Shown: positions 19,452-28,131, numbered from the stretch's first letter. The stretch: 64,000 nt of DNA from Erysipelotrichaceae bacterium (GCA_963588055.1 CAVAGB010000001.1:10092-74091); one strand, 5' to 3'. The notes: generated by a model from the sequence alone, not told the origin. Numbers and translations: made by a program.

Positions 19452-19895
19452 TTAGCGGCTTTTACCGAGATATTTTTTTGATGCTTCTATAACTTTGGGA
19501 TCTCGCCAAAACTGATAATAAGGGTCTTTCACCAGGTCTATTTTCAAGGCTTCGTTTGCAAAATCGTCAAACTCTCCTCCGCATTCGTCCCAACGCTTTT
19601 CAAGATCGACCTTCGAAAGGATATAGCCTAGCAGGTCGTAAGCGTCGTAGCCAGATGGGATGGTAAAGGAAAGGCCAACGTGCCTAATGAAGAGGTAGAC
19701 GAAATTGATGACGGAGTCTTCCGTTTTGCACTCGTTTTTTAGAAAACGATCGAAAAAGTAGAACACATCGTTCCAATCGTTGTCCCTTAGAATTTCTTCC
19801 GCGAGTCCGTCCGTCTCCTCTTTGCTTTTGTCATCCAAGGACAAAAAGTTCTCTGGAAATAGTCTCTTGCAAATTTCATCGTTGATTTTAATCAT
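19452..19895 (-). CDS. Hypothetical acidic cytoplasmic protein, immunity-protein-like by context
   Basis: 147 aa with no signal peptide or TM helix. Its start codon forms an ATGA overlap with the stop of the upstream toxin-like gene. A strong AAGGAGG SD is embedded in that gene's last codons. Confidence 0.45.
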   Translation of the reverse strand: MIKINDEICKRLFPENFLSLDDKSKEETDGLAEEILRDNDWNDVFYFFDRFLKNECKTEDSVINFVYLFIRHVGLSFTIPSGYDAYDLLGYILSKVDLEKRWDECGGEFDDFANEALKIDLVKDPYYQFWRDPKVIEASKKYLGKSR

Positions 19896-20371
19896 TTTTT
19901 CTTTCCTCCTTTAAACAAATAATCGGGTAATCTTCCAAAAGCTTCTCGTGCAACTTTAATTGACTTGATGTTGGGTTTGAAGTGCCCGCTCATGTGGTCG
20001 TATCCCGCAATCTTTCCTTTCTCAACACGAAGGATTCCGGCCATCTGCACGCGAGGGTTTTCTCCGCCTATTAATGTTGGATGCGGCGTGGCTTTCCCAT
20101 TCCAGCCATTGCCGTTTCGCTCCCCGATGATGATGTTTCCTTGAAGGTCAACAACATAGGTATAACTTTTGCTTTTGTCTTTGGAGAATAAATATTCTCC
20201 ACGTATGAAGCTATCAATGGTTCCTGCTGTAGGGTTTTTATCGTAAGTTCCGTTGTAAACACCTCTTTTGATGTCATACTCTTTCATTTCCGGGGTCACG
20301 CCATAATCTTTGGCGTAAGGTTGCGACTCTTCTTTGGTGCCGCTGTAGCTGCTCGAACTTCCGCTTCCCAT
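19892..20371 (-). CDS. Hypothetical protein resembling a free-standing polymorphic-toxin C-terminal domain
   Basis: 159 aa. A Gly/Ser-rich N-terminus (MGSGSSSSYSGT) is followed by a compact domain with HPTLIGG...AGILRVEKGKIAGYDHMSGHFKP. The start lies 1 nt after the DUF4417 stop (TGA-A-ATG). The family assignment is from memory only. Confidence 0.4.
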   Translation of the reverse strand: MGSGSSSSYSGTKEESQPYAKDYGVTPEMKEYDIKRGVYNGTYDKNPTAGTIDSFIRGEYLFSKDKSKSYTYVVDLQGNIIIGERNGNGWNGKATPHPTLIGGENPRVQMAGILRVEKGKIAGYDHMSGHFKPNIKSIKVAREAFGRLPDYLFKGGKKK

Positions 20372-20372
20372 T

Positions 20373-21020
20373 TCACCTACCCCCTTTCATTTTGGTGATG
20401 TAGGCTTCGTAATGAACGAATCTTGTTTCGGAAGCCAAATCGGCGAACACTTCATCAGGCATGGATCCGTGAACGAGAACAATTTGAGGTCGAAGCGTTT
20501 TGAGCATTGTCTCAAGGCCCAGCCTGAAGTAATACTTATTCTCTTCGCCCCTTATGCAACCATGGGTGCTTATGCAGACGATGTCATGTGAAGGCAAGGC
20601 GTCGAAGCAAAATTCAAAGCTTCTTTCGTCACCCCATCTGACGTTTGGGATGACGTATAGTCCGTTTTCCTGCAGATAGTAAGCGATTGCCCTGTTCATG
20701 TAGGTATTTGCTATTTGCAGGCACAGCGGCATGTCCCTATAAAGTGAGCAGTCGGGCGATATCACGCATTGAAATTGCGAGAGTTCGGGCAGATACCTGC
20801 TCGTTGCCGTCAAGACCTGCCTGAACCTTAGGTCATGCATGTAGAAGTCGACCGCAAGGCATCTGTCTTTAACCACGTTCCTTTTGTCAAAGGGAATCAT
20901 GTCCTTTGGGACGAGGAGCTCGTCGTGCCTTTCAAGCATGGGAAACTGATATTTCCCGACGAACGTAGCGCCTTTGACAAGGTAAGGCGCAAAACCATCA
21001 TCAACGATTGTTTTTCTCAT
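20373..21020 (-). CDS. DUF4417-like protein
   Basis: The ATG at 21020 lies 7 nt after GGAGG. The block VDFYMHDLRFRQV...ISPDCSLYRDMPLCLQIANTYMNRAIAYYLQENGLYVIPNVRWGDERSFEFCFDALP matches my recollection of the DUF4417 (PF14386) core. Confidence 0.55.
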   Translation of the reverse strand: MRKTIVDDGFAPYLVKGATFVGKYQFPMLERHDELLVPKDMIPFDKRNVVKDRCLAVDFYMHDLRFRQVLTATSRYLPELSQFQCVISPDCSLYRDMPLCLQIANTYMNRAIAYYLQENGLYVIPNVRWGDERSFEFCFDALPSHDIVCISTHGCIRGEENKYYFRLGLETMLKTLRPQIVLVHGSMPDEVFADLASETRFVHYEAYITKMKGGR

Positions 21021-21176
21021 TTTAACCTCCTGAAGAATCGGAACGCGTTGATTACGTTCGCGCCCCATTTTATAGGAGGGTTCAAAACGCTCGTATTTTG
21101 CCGAAATACATCGACGATGGCGAACAATTGGGCTTTTTTCGGCGTGATTAGTCGTTTAAGAGCGGCTTATGTATTT

Positions 21177-24100
21177 TCATAAAATAAATTTCATTTTGCT
21201 TTCTTTGTTAAACACCTCTTTTCCCAAAGCTCTAAGCAATTCGTTGGCTACCTGTGCTTCGACCTTCGATTCCAAAAGGAAGGCATAAAGCACATCCTCC
21301 TCAACGTATTTGGACAAAGCCGTGCCGTTTAGAGCCAGCAGATAATTCCTTTCTGGGCCCGGGAGCTTGAGCCCAATCAACAATTGGACCATGGTTTTCT
21401 TCGCCATGTGGGGCCTTTGGCCGTTCTTGATTTTGCTGAAGAGGTCTCTGCTCAGGAGGGTTTCGGCATTAAACTGGCTGTAATCCCATCCTCTCTCTTT
21501 GAACAACTTGGTCAGACATTCATCGAGAGAAGGAGGGCTGCCGTTTTGGAATTCGCTTTGGATGATCTTCATCTTGGAAAGGTAGCTTTCGTATTCGAGA
21601 TTCTCGTCATCGTTAAAGGGAGTCACGGCGATTCCGATGATGCGTCTCTCCTTGAATGCGTCTTCAAATTTCAATGGTTTGCCATCTTTCGTTGCAAAGG
21701 ATCCATCTGAGTAAGAGACGAAACCAGATGAGATCATTTTGCGGAAAGACTCGTCGTTCTTATAAAGCTCGAAAGCGTCTTTCAGCGAGACTTCCGTTTT
21801 GCTGTCTTGCTCTTTCAATTCCCTAAGCAGCCTCTGGTCCGGATAATCCATCAATCTTTCGATTTCTTCGGCTTTGGCGTTCCTCTTGGCGTTTTCTATG
21901 CGCTCATCAATGAATTCGGCTTGCGCGATGGATCCTCGATGCAAGAAGGCCCTTTTGAGCGACTCCAAACCGTTGATTTCCGACGCGTAGTGTTTTTTGG
22001 AGTCGTCGTACCAGCAAACTTTGCTTTTGAGAGCTCTTTCCAACACCTCTTTGCATTTCCCTTTTTGGTAGTATTCAATGATGATTTGGTTCTTATACGG
22101 ATTGCCGACTTGCCCCAAATAGCTGAACAACGTCAGCATTTTCTTGTCGTCCTTGTATCCCCGTTCGATATATGAGCTAATCCAATTAGACAACGTTTCC
22201 TTATCGATGTTGTCGGCCATCAGAATCTGCAATTTGACGGAGTGGAAATAGTCCGATTGCTTGTCTAAACATGTCTTCATGCATGCATCCATGAAAGCGG
22301 AGCAACAAGACTCGCTCAGTATGAAATTTTCCGCGCTTTCATAGTCAACTTTCCCTTCCACGAAATTCTTGGCGACGGTTTTGATGTAGTTTGGCTTTGC
22401 TGAAAGCAATTCTTTGAGCCTCTGGCTTCCATAATCAGTTTCGCCGCTGTCAATCAGAAAACCATATACTTCCGCCGCCAAATTCTGATTTAACTCGAGC
22501 AGTTCCTTAAACGCTCCGTTTTTGAAGAAGAAAGGGGAAAGGTAATTAGCGGCTATTTTGGAGTTGTATTTGCGTTTTCTGAAAAGGATTTCCACCAATT
22601 CGATGTAACTGATTCCGGATTTTTCTGAGATTTTCCTTAAGTTCAATACGCTCCTTGTCCATGATGTCGTGGTGCTCTTGTCCACTTTGGATTTGACCCA
22701 ATTGGCGAAACCAAAAGTATCGGGACAGTCCGTTTTGCTGAGATTTTCGTAGAAGAAATAGGAATATTGATCCCTAACATCTTTTTTCTCTATTTCGTTA
22801 ATCAGCGTATAGAGTTTGGCTTTTCCGCATAGATCAGCAAACCGGTCGACTACGTAGCCGGGGTTTATGCTGGTGCTCGAAAAGAAAGAAAACCAATCGG
22901 GGCAGCTCTCCTTTATATTTGGCACCAAAGCGGAGAGGAATTTTCTTTCTTCGTTTAGAAAATATAGGTCTAGGAAAACTTTACATCCTTGGAGAAGCAC
23001 CAAAAGCGAGTTTTCGTTTGCTTGGAAATATGCGGAAACGGCCTCGCTGTACTTCTTCTCAGCTTCGTCATAGTTTCCATTGGGCATGCCCGCTTCCAAA
23101 AGAATGTGGAAAAAGCCCAAATACTTTTGCTCGTTTTCGAAACCGAGTTCGTTGGCTTCGCGACCAAATTTTGTGATAAGAACCGCTTTGACCATTTGTT
23201 CTTTCTCTGATTCGCCCAAATGGCGGCCTATTGCGGCCATATCGTTTTTTATGATTTCCTCACAGCCTTTGACTTGCGAATGCTTTGCAAAATCGATGAC
23301 GGCGTCAATCGCTCCTGTGCAGTCGACGTCGAACAAAAAATCCCAGCACGCGGTCCGGAAGGGCAAAATATTCGGGATTTCATCATTTATGACGATAGAC
23401 CCGTATTTCAATTCATTCCGGCCGCTCCATTCCGAAAAATCTATCCGAAATTTCAGATAGGAGGAAACTAAACCGACGAACCTCTCGCGAGAGGCTTTTC
23501 TTTCTCTGACACAAGCGATGAAGTCCATGACGTATCTGAACTTCGCATTTACGTGCCATTCGTCAAGGGTATACGCGCCGCTTATTGCCTTGAGCACCTC
23601 TTCGGATTTGCTCTTAGCTTTTTCTAGCAGCTTTATTGCGCCTTTCATCGCGATCTGGGAATAGTCGGTAAGAGCTAAGTTCGCGAATATCCTCAGCAGC
23701 CATTGTGCGTCTTTGATCTCAGCGTAGTTTTCGACCCCGTCGTTGAAATCGGAGGCAACGTAAGCGGGAGCTACTTGCGCAAATGCTGCTTCAATCTCAT
23801 GCTTCGTCTCCAAATCCCCACTTAAAGCATCGCACGCCGCGATAACCTGATCCCTTATGTAGGAGAGCGTATCCGCGCTGAAATAGACGTGAAGAATCGT
23901 CTTGGCGGATTCGACGATTTGCTTCCTGTAGTATTTGAATCCGATCGCGAGAAGGTCGCTTATTTTCGCGAGCCTTTTTTCTATCAGCGTGTAATTTAGC
24001 ATATAGTCCGCAAAACATTGATCCGAAATTCGTATGACGCCTTTGTAATCATCGGCGATTTCCGCGTTGACCAGGAGATTGGCGTTTTCGATGAACCTTT

Positions 24101-24890
24101 GCTTGCTCATCCCCAGTTTTTGAAGTACTGGGGCGATGTAAAAAAGCTGATCCAGATAGACGCATCTGAAAAAGGCTATCAACCCAGCCGTGGCGGTTAA
24201 ATCATCTGACTTTTCTATCTTTGAAATTTCGTTTTTGTAAAAACGGTTAAGAACGTCTTTCTGATCAAAAAGCGAGGAGAACCCGTTTCTATCTTTAAGA
24301 GCACCATCGGCGGCTAGGAAAGCGACCCTTATGTTTCCCTTCGCAATTTCGGCAATTTGGTCCAACCATTTTTCGTTTTGTATCGGGGTGTTTGCCGATA
24401 TCGCCTCCTTCACGGATTTGTTCTCTAGCGGCTTCACCTCGTAAAATCTGATTGCGAGGTGGTCCCCTTCATTAAAGCATTCTTTCAAATAATCCCTTAC
24501 TGTGAATACGACTTTGATGTTTTCTGCGTTCTTGTATTTCAAGAAATCCACCAGCTCAGTTAGCTTGGAGTATTTATTGGCGTCATCGACGAAAATAACA
24601 TATTGGTTTTGTTCGTTGATTGAGGCTTCTAAATCTGCAATGTAATCGCTGAAACTTTTTGTGCACAGGACGATTGTGCCTGCGGCTGAAAGACAATAGT
24701 GTTCAATGGCCGCGACTGCGAGCCTGCTTTTTCCAACTCCGGATGGACCGGTGATTACAAGAAGGTCGCATTGGCGAATTTCGTTGCACAGCTCGCTAAC
24801 TTCCTTATCCCTTCCGACAAGCGTGGTCGTCAGAGATTCGCTGATGCCGTTTCTATGCTTTTTGAAATTGTTTAAATCATCAACTCCCAA
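21177..24890 (-). CDS. 1237-aa P-loop NTPase (STAND/AAA-like) with a long all-helical region and a C-terminal XRE-like HTH
   Basis: Walker A VITGPSGVGKSRLA, Walker B YVIFVDDAN and sensor-like VVFTVRD all lie in the first roughly 140 aa. About 900 aa of helical sequence follow. The C-terminus LTKLFKERGWDYSQFNAETLLSRDLFSKIKNGQRPHMAKKTMVQLLIGLKL resembles an HTH_3. TTG start, with no ATG in the first 100 codons. Confidence 0.6.
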   Translation of the reverse strand: MGVDDLNNFKKHRNGISESLTTTLVGRDKEVSELCNEIRQCDLLVITGPSGVGKSRLAVAAIEHYCLSAAGTIVLCTKSFSDYIADLEASINEQNQYVIFVDDANKYSKLTELVDFLKYKNAENIKVVFTVRDYLKECFNEGDHLAIRFYEVKPLENKSVKEAISANTPIQNEKWLDQIAEIAKGNIRVAFLAADGALKDRNGFSSLFDQKDVLNRFYKNEISKIEKSDDLTATAGLIAFFRCVYLDQLFYIAPVLQKLGMSKQRFIENANLLVNAEIADDYKGVIRISDQCFADYMLNYTLIEKRLAKISDLLAIGFKYYRKQIVESAKTILHVYFSADTLSYIRDQVIAACDALSGDLETKHEIEAAFAQVAPAYVASDFNDGVENYAEIKDAQWLLRIFANLALTDYSQIAMKGAIKLLEKAKSKSEEVLKAISGAYTLDEWHVNAKFRYVMDFIACVRERKASRERFVGLVSSYLKFRIDFSEWSGRNELKYGSIVINDEIPNILPFRTACWDFLFDVDCTGAIDAVIDFAKHSQVKGCEEIIKNDMAAIGRHLGESEKEQMVKAVLITKFGREANELGFENEQKYLGFFHILLEAGMPNGNYDEAEKKYSEAVSAYFQANENSLLVLLQGCKVFLDLYFLNEERKFLSALVPNIKESCPDWFSFFSSTSINPGYVVDRFADLCGKAKLYTLINEIEKKDVRDQYSYFFYENLSKTDCPDTFGFANWVKSKVDKSTTTSWTRSVLNLRKISEKSGISYIELVEILFRKRKYNSKIAANYLSPFFFKNGAFKELLELNQNLAAEVYGFLIDSGETDYGSQRLKELLSAKPNYIKTVAKNFVEGKVDYESAENFILSESCCSAFMDACMKTCLDKQSDYFHSVKLQILMADNIDKETLSNWISSYIERGYKDDKKMLTLFSYLGQVGNPYKNQIIIEYYQKGKCKEVLERALKSKVCWYDDSKKHYASEINGLESLKRAFLHRGSIAQAEFIDERIENAKRNAKAEEIERLMDYPDQRLLRELKEQDSKTEVSLKDAFELYKNDESFRKMISSGFVSYSDGSFATKDGKPLKFEDAFKERRIIGIAVTPFNDDENLEYESYLSKMKIIQSEFQNGSPPSLDECLTKLFKERGWDYSQFNAETLLSRDLFSKIKNGQRPHMAKKTMVQLLIGLKLPGPERNYLLALNGTALSKYVEEDVLYAFLLESKVEAQVANELLRALGKEVFNKESKMKFIL

Positions 24891-24916
24891 CGGCGTCCAA
24901 CCTCTCTTTCCAAGAG

Positions 24917-24925
24917 ATTATAACA
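24917..24925 (-). promoter_or_regulatory. Extended -10 element (TGTTATAAT on the minus strand) upstream of the giant NTPase gene
   Basis: The reverse complement of 24917-24925 is TG-T-TATAAT, about 27 nt upstream of the TTG start. The -35 is weak. Confidence 0.35.
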
Positions 24926-25132
24926 CGCTTGTTAGGCTGACTTTGGCCTTAATGGTCGCGTCGTTTGGCGTGAACGCGCGAATCGTTCAATAGATGGGGC
25001 CCAGAGTGCTGCAAAATGAAATTCCGAACGTAACTGTCTGGCCGATTTACGTAGAGGAGATGCTTTTGCAAAAGTTCAAATGGAGAATGCCCCTATTCAA
25101 AAATGGCGCGTGTTGCAAACCGGTCTTTAAAC

Positions 25133-25163
25133 TTGACTTAAAGCCAGCTTTAAGTTTTATGTT
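25133..25163 (+). promoter_or_regulatory. MerR-type promoter: TTGACT -35, 19-nt spacer containing a perfect 9-2-9 palindrome, TATGTT -10
   Basis: TTGACT lies at 25133-25138. The palindrome ACTTAAAGC-CA-GCTTTAAGT lies at 25136-25155. TATGTT lies at 25158-25163. It sits directly upstream of the flavodoxin-merR gene pair. Confidence 0.55.
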
Positions 25164-25181
25164 ATCCCCGGAGGCAAAAAA

Positions 25182-25652
25182 ATGAACGCGTTGATCGTCT
25201 ACTTCAGCTATTCCGGGAACACCAGGAAACTCGTCAAAGGAATCGAAGATAAATTCCATCTCCCCATCGTTGAGATCGAAAGGGAAACCCCTTATTCCCC
25301 GGACTACGACACCTGCGCCTACAAAGAGGCGAAAGAGGAGTGGGAGGGGAGGCTTTGCCCGAAGATAAAGAGAATCGACCTCGATGGATCTTCCTTCGGC
25401 AAAGTCTTACTTTTCTACCCCATCTGGTGGTACACCCACCCGATGGTCGTCGAAAGCTTCGCGAAGACCTATCTTAAGGATTACGAAGGGGAGGTCTACC
25501 TCTTCGCGAACAGCTACACGAACGACCCCTCCTACATGAAGAATACCTTGAAGGATCTGAATGGCCTTGGGATGGGCGTCGAATTCAAGGAGGGTCTCTT
25601 CAACAAGGGCCTTGAGGAGCATCTATCCTTCATTGGCAAGCTGCTCGGGTGA
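25182..25652 (+). CDS. Flavodoxin-family protein
   Basis: The N-terminal ALIVYFSYSGNTRKL is the flavodoxin FMN phosphate-binding loop. It is 156 aa. Confidence 0.7.
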   Translation: MNALIVYFSYSGNTRKLVKGIEDKFHLPIVEIERETPYSPDYDTCAYKEAKEEWEGRLCPKIKRIDLDGSSFGKVLLFYPIWWYTHPMVVESFAKTYLKDYEGEVYLFANSYTNDPSYMKNTLKDLNGLGMGVEFKEGLFNKGLEEHLSFIGKLLG

Positions 25653-25657
25653 AGCTT

Positions 25658-26110
25658 ATGGAATGCAGCATCGGCGAAGCGGCGAAGAGGATCGGGGTCG
25701 CCCCCTCGACCCTCCGCTATTACGACAAGGAAGGATTGCTCCCCGAGGCGAAGAGGACGAGCGGGGGCGTCCGCTCCTTCTCCGAGGCGGATTTCCGCTG
25801 GCTCTCCCTCATCGAGTGCATGAAGAAGGCGGGGATGTCCATCCTCGAGATCAAGAAATACCTCTCCTTGATGAAAGAAGGGGACGCGACCATCCAAGAG
25901 AGACTCTCGCTCTTCGAGAACAGGAAGGCGGAGCTCGAAAGGCAGATAGAGGAGCTCAACCAGACCAAGAAGGTCCTCGAATACAAGGTGTGGTTCTATC
26001 AAAGGGCGAAGGAGATAGGCTCGGTAGACCAAGTGAAGGAGACCCCCATCGAGCTCGTGCCGAAAGAATTCCGAAAACGCTTCCTGGATTCCTTCTTGCC
26101 TAAGGATTGA
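25658..26110 (+). CDS. MerR-family transcriptional regulator
   Basis: IGEAAKRIGVAPSTLRYYDKEGLLPEAKRTSGGVRSFSEADFRWLSLIECMKKAGMSILEIK is the MerR HTH and wing, followed by a coiled coil. GTG 25649 is an alternative start. Confidence 0.85.
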   Translation: MECSIGEAAKRIGVAPSTLRYYDKEGLLPEAKRTSGGVRSFSEADFRWLSLIECMKKAGMSILEIKKYLSLMKEGDATIQERLSLFENRKAELERQIEELNQTKKVLEYKVWFYQRAKEIGSVDQVKETPIELVPKEFRKRFLDSFLPKD

Positions 26111-26115
26111 ACGGC

Positions 26116-26913
26116 TTATTTGGGGAGTTTGATCGAAGCGACCAGCTTCCCTTTTTTCGAGGTGCCCCCTTCGCCTAGATAGACGAACTTGCCCTTGCCT
26201 CTAAGCGAGACGTGCTCCCCCTCTTTCAAGACTGCGTCCGGCTTAGGGGAAGAGGAGGTCAGATAGACATTGCCCGCGTCGATCTGACGCTTGGCCTCCT
26301 CGCGCGAGATGCGGAAGGCCCCCGCGAGCAAAGCGTCAAGCCTCAAGGAGGCGACGCTGATGCGCCTTTCTTCGAATTTGGGGGCGTAAGGGCAGGAGAA
26401 AGAGGGGAGTTTTGCGCACTTAACGGGGTTTCTGCCAACGCTTATCAGATTCTCTTTGAGATAATCCGCAAGTTCATTCAAGACGTAGACGTAGGCGTCT
26501 TTCTCCCCGCAGAGGATGTCCCCGATGCGGTTCCTCTCCACCCCCAAAGAAAGCAAGGCGCCCAGATAGTCGCGATGGCTCAAGGGGGAGGCGAACTTCT
26601 CGGATTTCGGAAATATGTGCAGGCAGCAAAGGACATCAGGGGATTCCCTCTCGCTTTGAAGGAAGCCCTCTTTGGCTAGGTAAGGAGGAAGGAAGACGAA
26701 GCACTTCCTCTCGCTCTCTTCCTCTCCCCCGAAAAGGAAGTAGGGGACCCCGTTGATCTCCTCCTGCTTGTTTTGCTTCCGCAGGGCTTCTAGCAAGGCG
26801 CTTTGCTCGGAGAAGCCGTAGAAAGGGCTGCAGGTCAAATAGCTATTCCCCTCACATTCCCTGGAAAGGTCGTTAAGGCGCGCCAAGGCGAGTCTAGTTT
26901 CCTCTTCGTCCAT
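26116..26913 (-). CDS. YlmH-like RNA-binding protein with a C-terminal S4 domain
   Basis: The C-terminal LRLDALLAGAFRISREEAKRQIDAGNVYL is an S4 motif. The overall length (266 aa from the ATG at 26913) and layout resemble YlmH. The longer track ORF (to 27156) would run into the divergent gene. Confidence 0.55.
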   Translation of the reverse strand: MDEEETRLALARLNDLSRECEGNSYLTCSPFYGFSEQSALLEALRKQNKQEEINGVPYFLFGGEEESERKCFVFLPPYLAKEGFLQSERESPDVLCCLHIFPKSEKFASPLSHRDYLGALLSLGVERNRIGDILCGEKDAYVYVLNELADYLKENLISVGRNPVKCAKLPSFSCPYAPKFEERRISVASLRLDALLAGAFRISREEAKRQIDAGNVYLTSSSPKPDAVLKEGEHVSLRGKGKFVYLGEGGTSKKGKLVASIKLPK

Positions 26914-27073
26914 GCCCCAAAGGATAAAGCAGTTCCTTCGGAAAGAGAAAAGATTTCTCTTATGGCAAGGGAAATACGCGGGAAAGCGCTTTTTGAATGA
27001 CATTTTTCGCGCATAACCCTTGCGCTCGCGCGCAAACCACATTAAATTCTTGCCCGTAAAGGAGCAATTCATC

Positions 27074-28084
27074 ATGAATGCCAAAAAACTATCCGTCTCT
27101 CTGTCCGTCCTCGTCCTCGGACTGACTTCCTGCGGATCCAATGGGATCAGCCGCAAGGAAGCCTACACAAAATTGGATGAGATCGTCGCCGCGACCCCCG
27201 CGAAGCAGACCAAGCTGACCTCCGTCAACAAGACCATGAAGGACGTCACCAACTCCGCCGGAGTCACCACCAAAGCCGGCGACGTCGCCTCCTACGTCTT
27301 CGATGCCGAGACCAACTATTCCCACGTCACCATCAACTCGTCCAAGACCGTCACCTACACCAGCGGCGACGACGAAGAGGAGCTGAACCTCGGCTCCGGC
27401 GATGAGCTCTTCGCCTACGCCGATGGCACCTCCTACGTCTTCGGCTACAAGAGCAAAGACGAGTCCACCGGCACCACCAAGGCCGTCAAGGTGACCGTCC
27501 CCAACACGAGCATCACCTCCTACGCCCTCGCCTCCGCTCTTATGAAGGACCTCGCCCAGAACCAGATCGATTCCTTCATCAAGTGCGGCCGCGAGCATTG
27601 GCATAACGGCGCAGGCGGACTCTCCGCCTACCTCAAGAGGCAAGACACCCTCGACCAGAACAAGGAAGACGTCGTCGTCGACGGGGAGACCATCCAGGCC
27701 GGCGCGACCGAGAAAGGCTCGCACATCGTCCTCAAAGACGAGAAGTACACCTCCACCGGCGAAGGCAACCTCACCCTCGATTTCGACGCCCTCTACCCCA
27801 ACCCCGAAACTCCCGCTAAGCTCCATGAGCCGCTGAAGTTCGAGTTCAACAACAACCTCCTCACCCATTGGTACAACGCCAAGGCCAGCAACTATGCCGG
27901 CAATGAGTGGACGATGGACTACGGCACCGCCGAAAACGCCAAGTGCACCTTCGACGAGGTCACCGACGCCGCCACCATCGCCTCGACCGTCGTCGCCGTG
28001 CCCCTTGCGATCACCGCCCTCGTCGCCGCTGAGCAGCCGACGACCGACGACGTCCTCTACAAGGCCAAGTGGAACATTAAATAA
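27074..28084 (+). CDS. Hypothetical lipoprotein
   Basis: MNAKKLSVSLSVLVLGLTSCGSNG carries the lipobox LTSC. AAAGGAG SD. No family was recognised. Confidence 0.6.
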   Translation: MNAKKLSVSLSVLVLGLTSCGSNGISRKEAYTKLDEIVAATPAKQTKLTSVNKTMKDVTNSAGVTTKAGDVASYVFDAETNYSHVTINSSKTVTYTSGDDEEELNLGSGDELFAYADGTSYVFGYKSKDESTGTTKAVKVTVPNTSITSYALASALMKDLAQNQIDSFIKCGREHWHNGAGGLSAYLKRQDTLDQNKEDVVVDGETIQAGATEKGSHIVLKDEKYTSTGEGNLTLDFDALYPNPETPAKLHEPLKFEFNNNLLTHWYNAKASNYAGNEWTMDYGTAENAKCTFDEVTDAATIASTVVAVPLAITALVAAEQPTTDDVLYKAKWNIK

Positions 28085-28104
28085 GACTCAGCCGAAAGCC
28101 TATC

Positions 28105-28131
28105 AAGGAGGGCCGAAAACCCTCCTTTTTT
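28105..28131 (+). terminator. Rho-independent terminator
   Basis: AAGGAGGG-CCGAAAA-CCCTCCTT followed by TTTT. Confidence 0.75.

Larger units (their letters stand above)
19276..25130. other. AT-rich accessory island adjacent to tRNA-Pro, with no integrase seen
   Basis: From about 19.45 to 24.95 kb the sequence is visibly A/T-rich (A/T third positions, long A/T runs), in contrast to the GC3-rich flanks. It starts just after a tRNA gene. The boundaries are approximate and were not computed. Confidence 0.55.

Noticed and set aside
24891-25181. Direct repeat of the tRNA-Pro 3' end (att site) at the distal border of the AT-rich island.
   Set aside because: I found no copy of GGTTCGAATCCGGTCGTCCCGACCA or a substantial part of it by eye in 24.9-25.2 kb. 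The island borders therefore remain defined only by composition.
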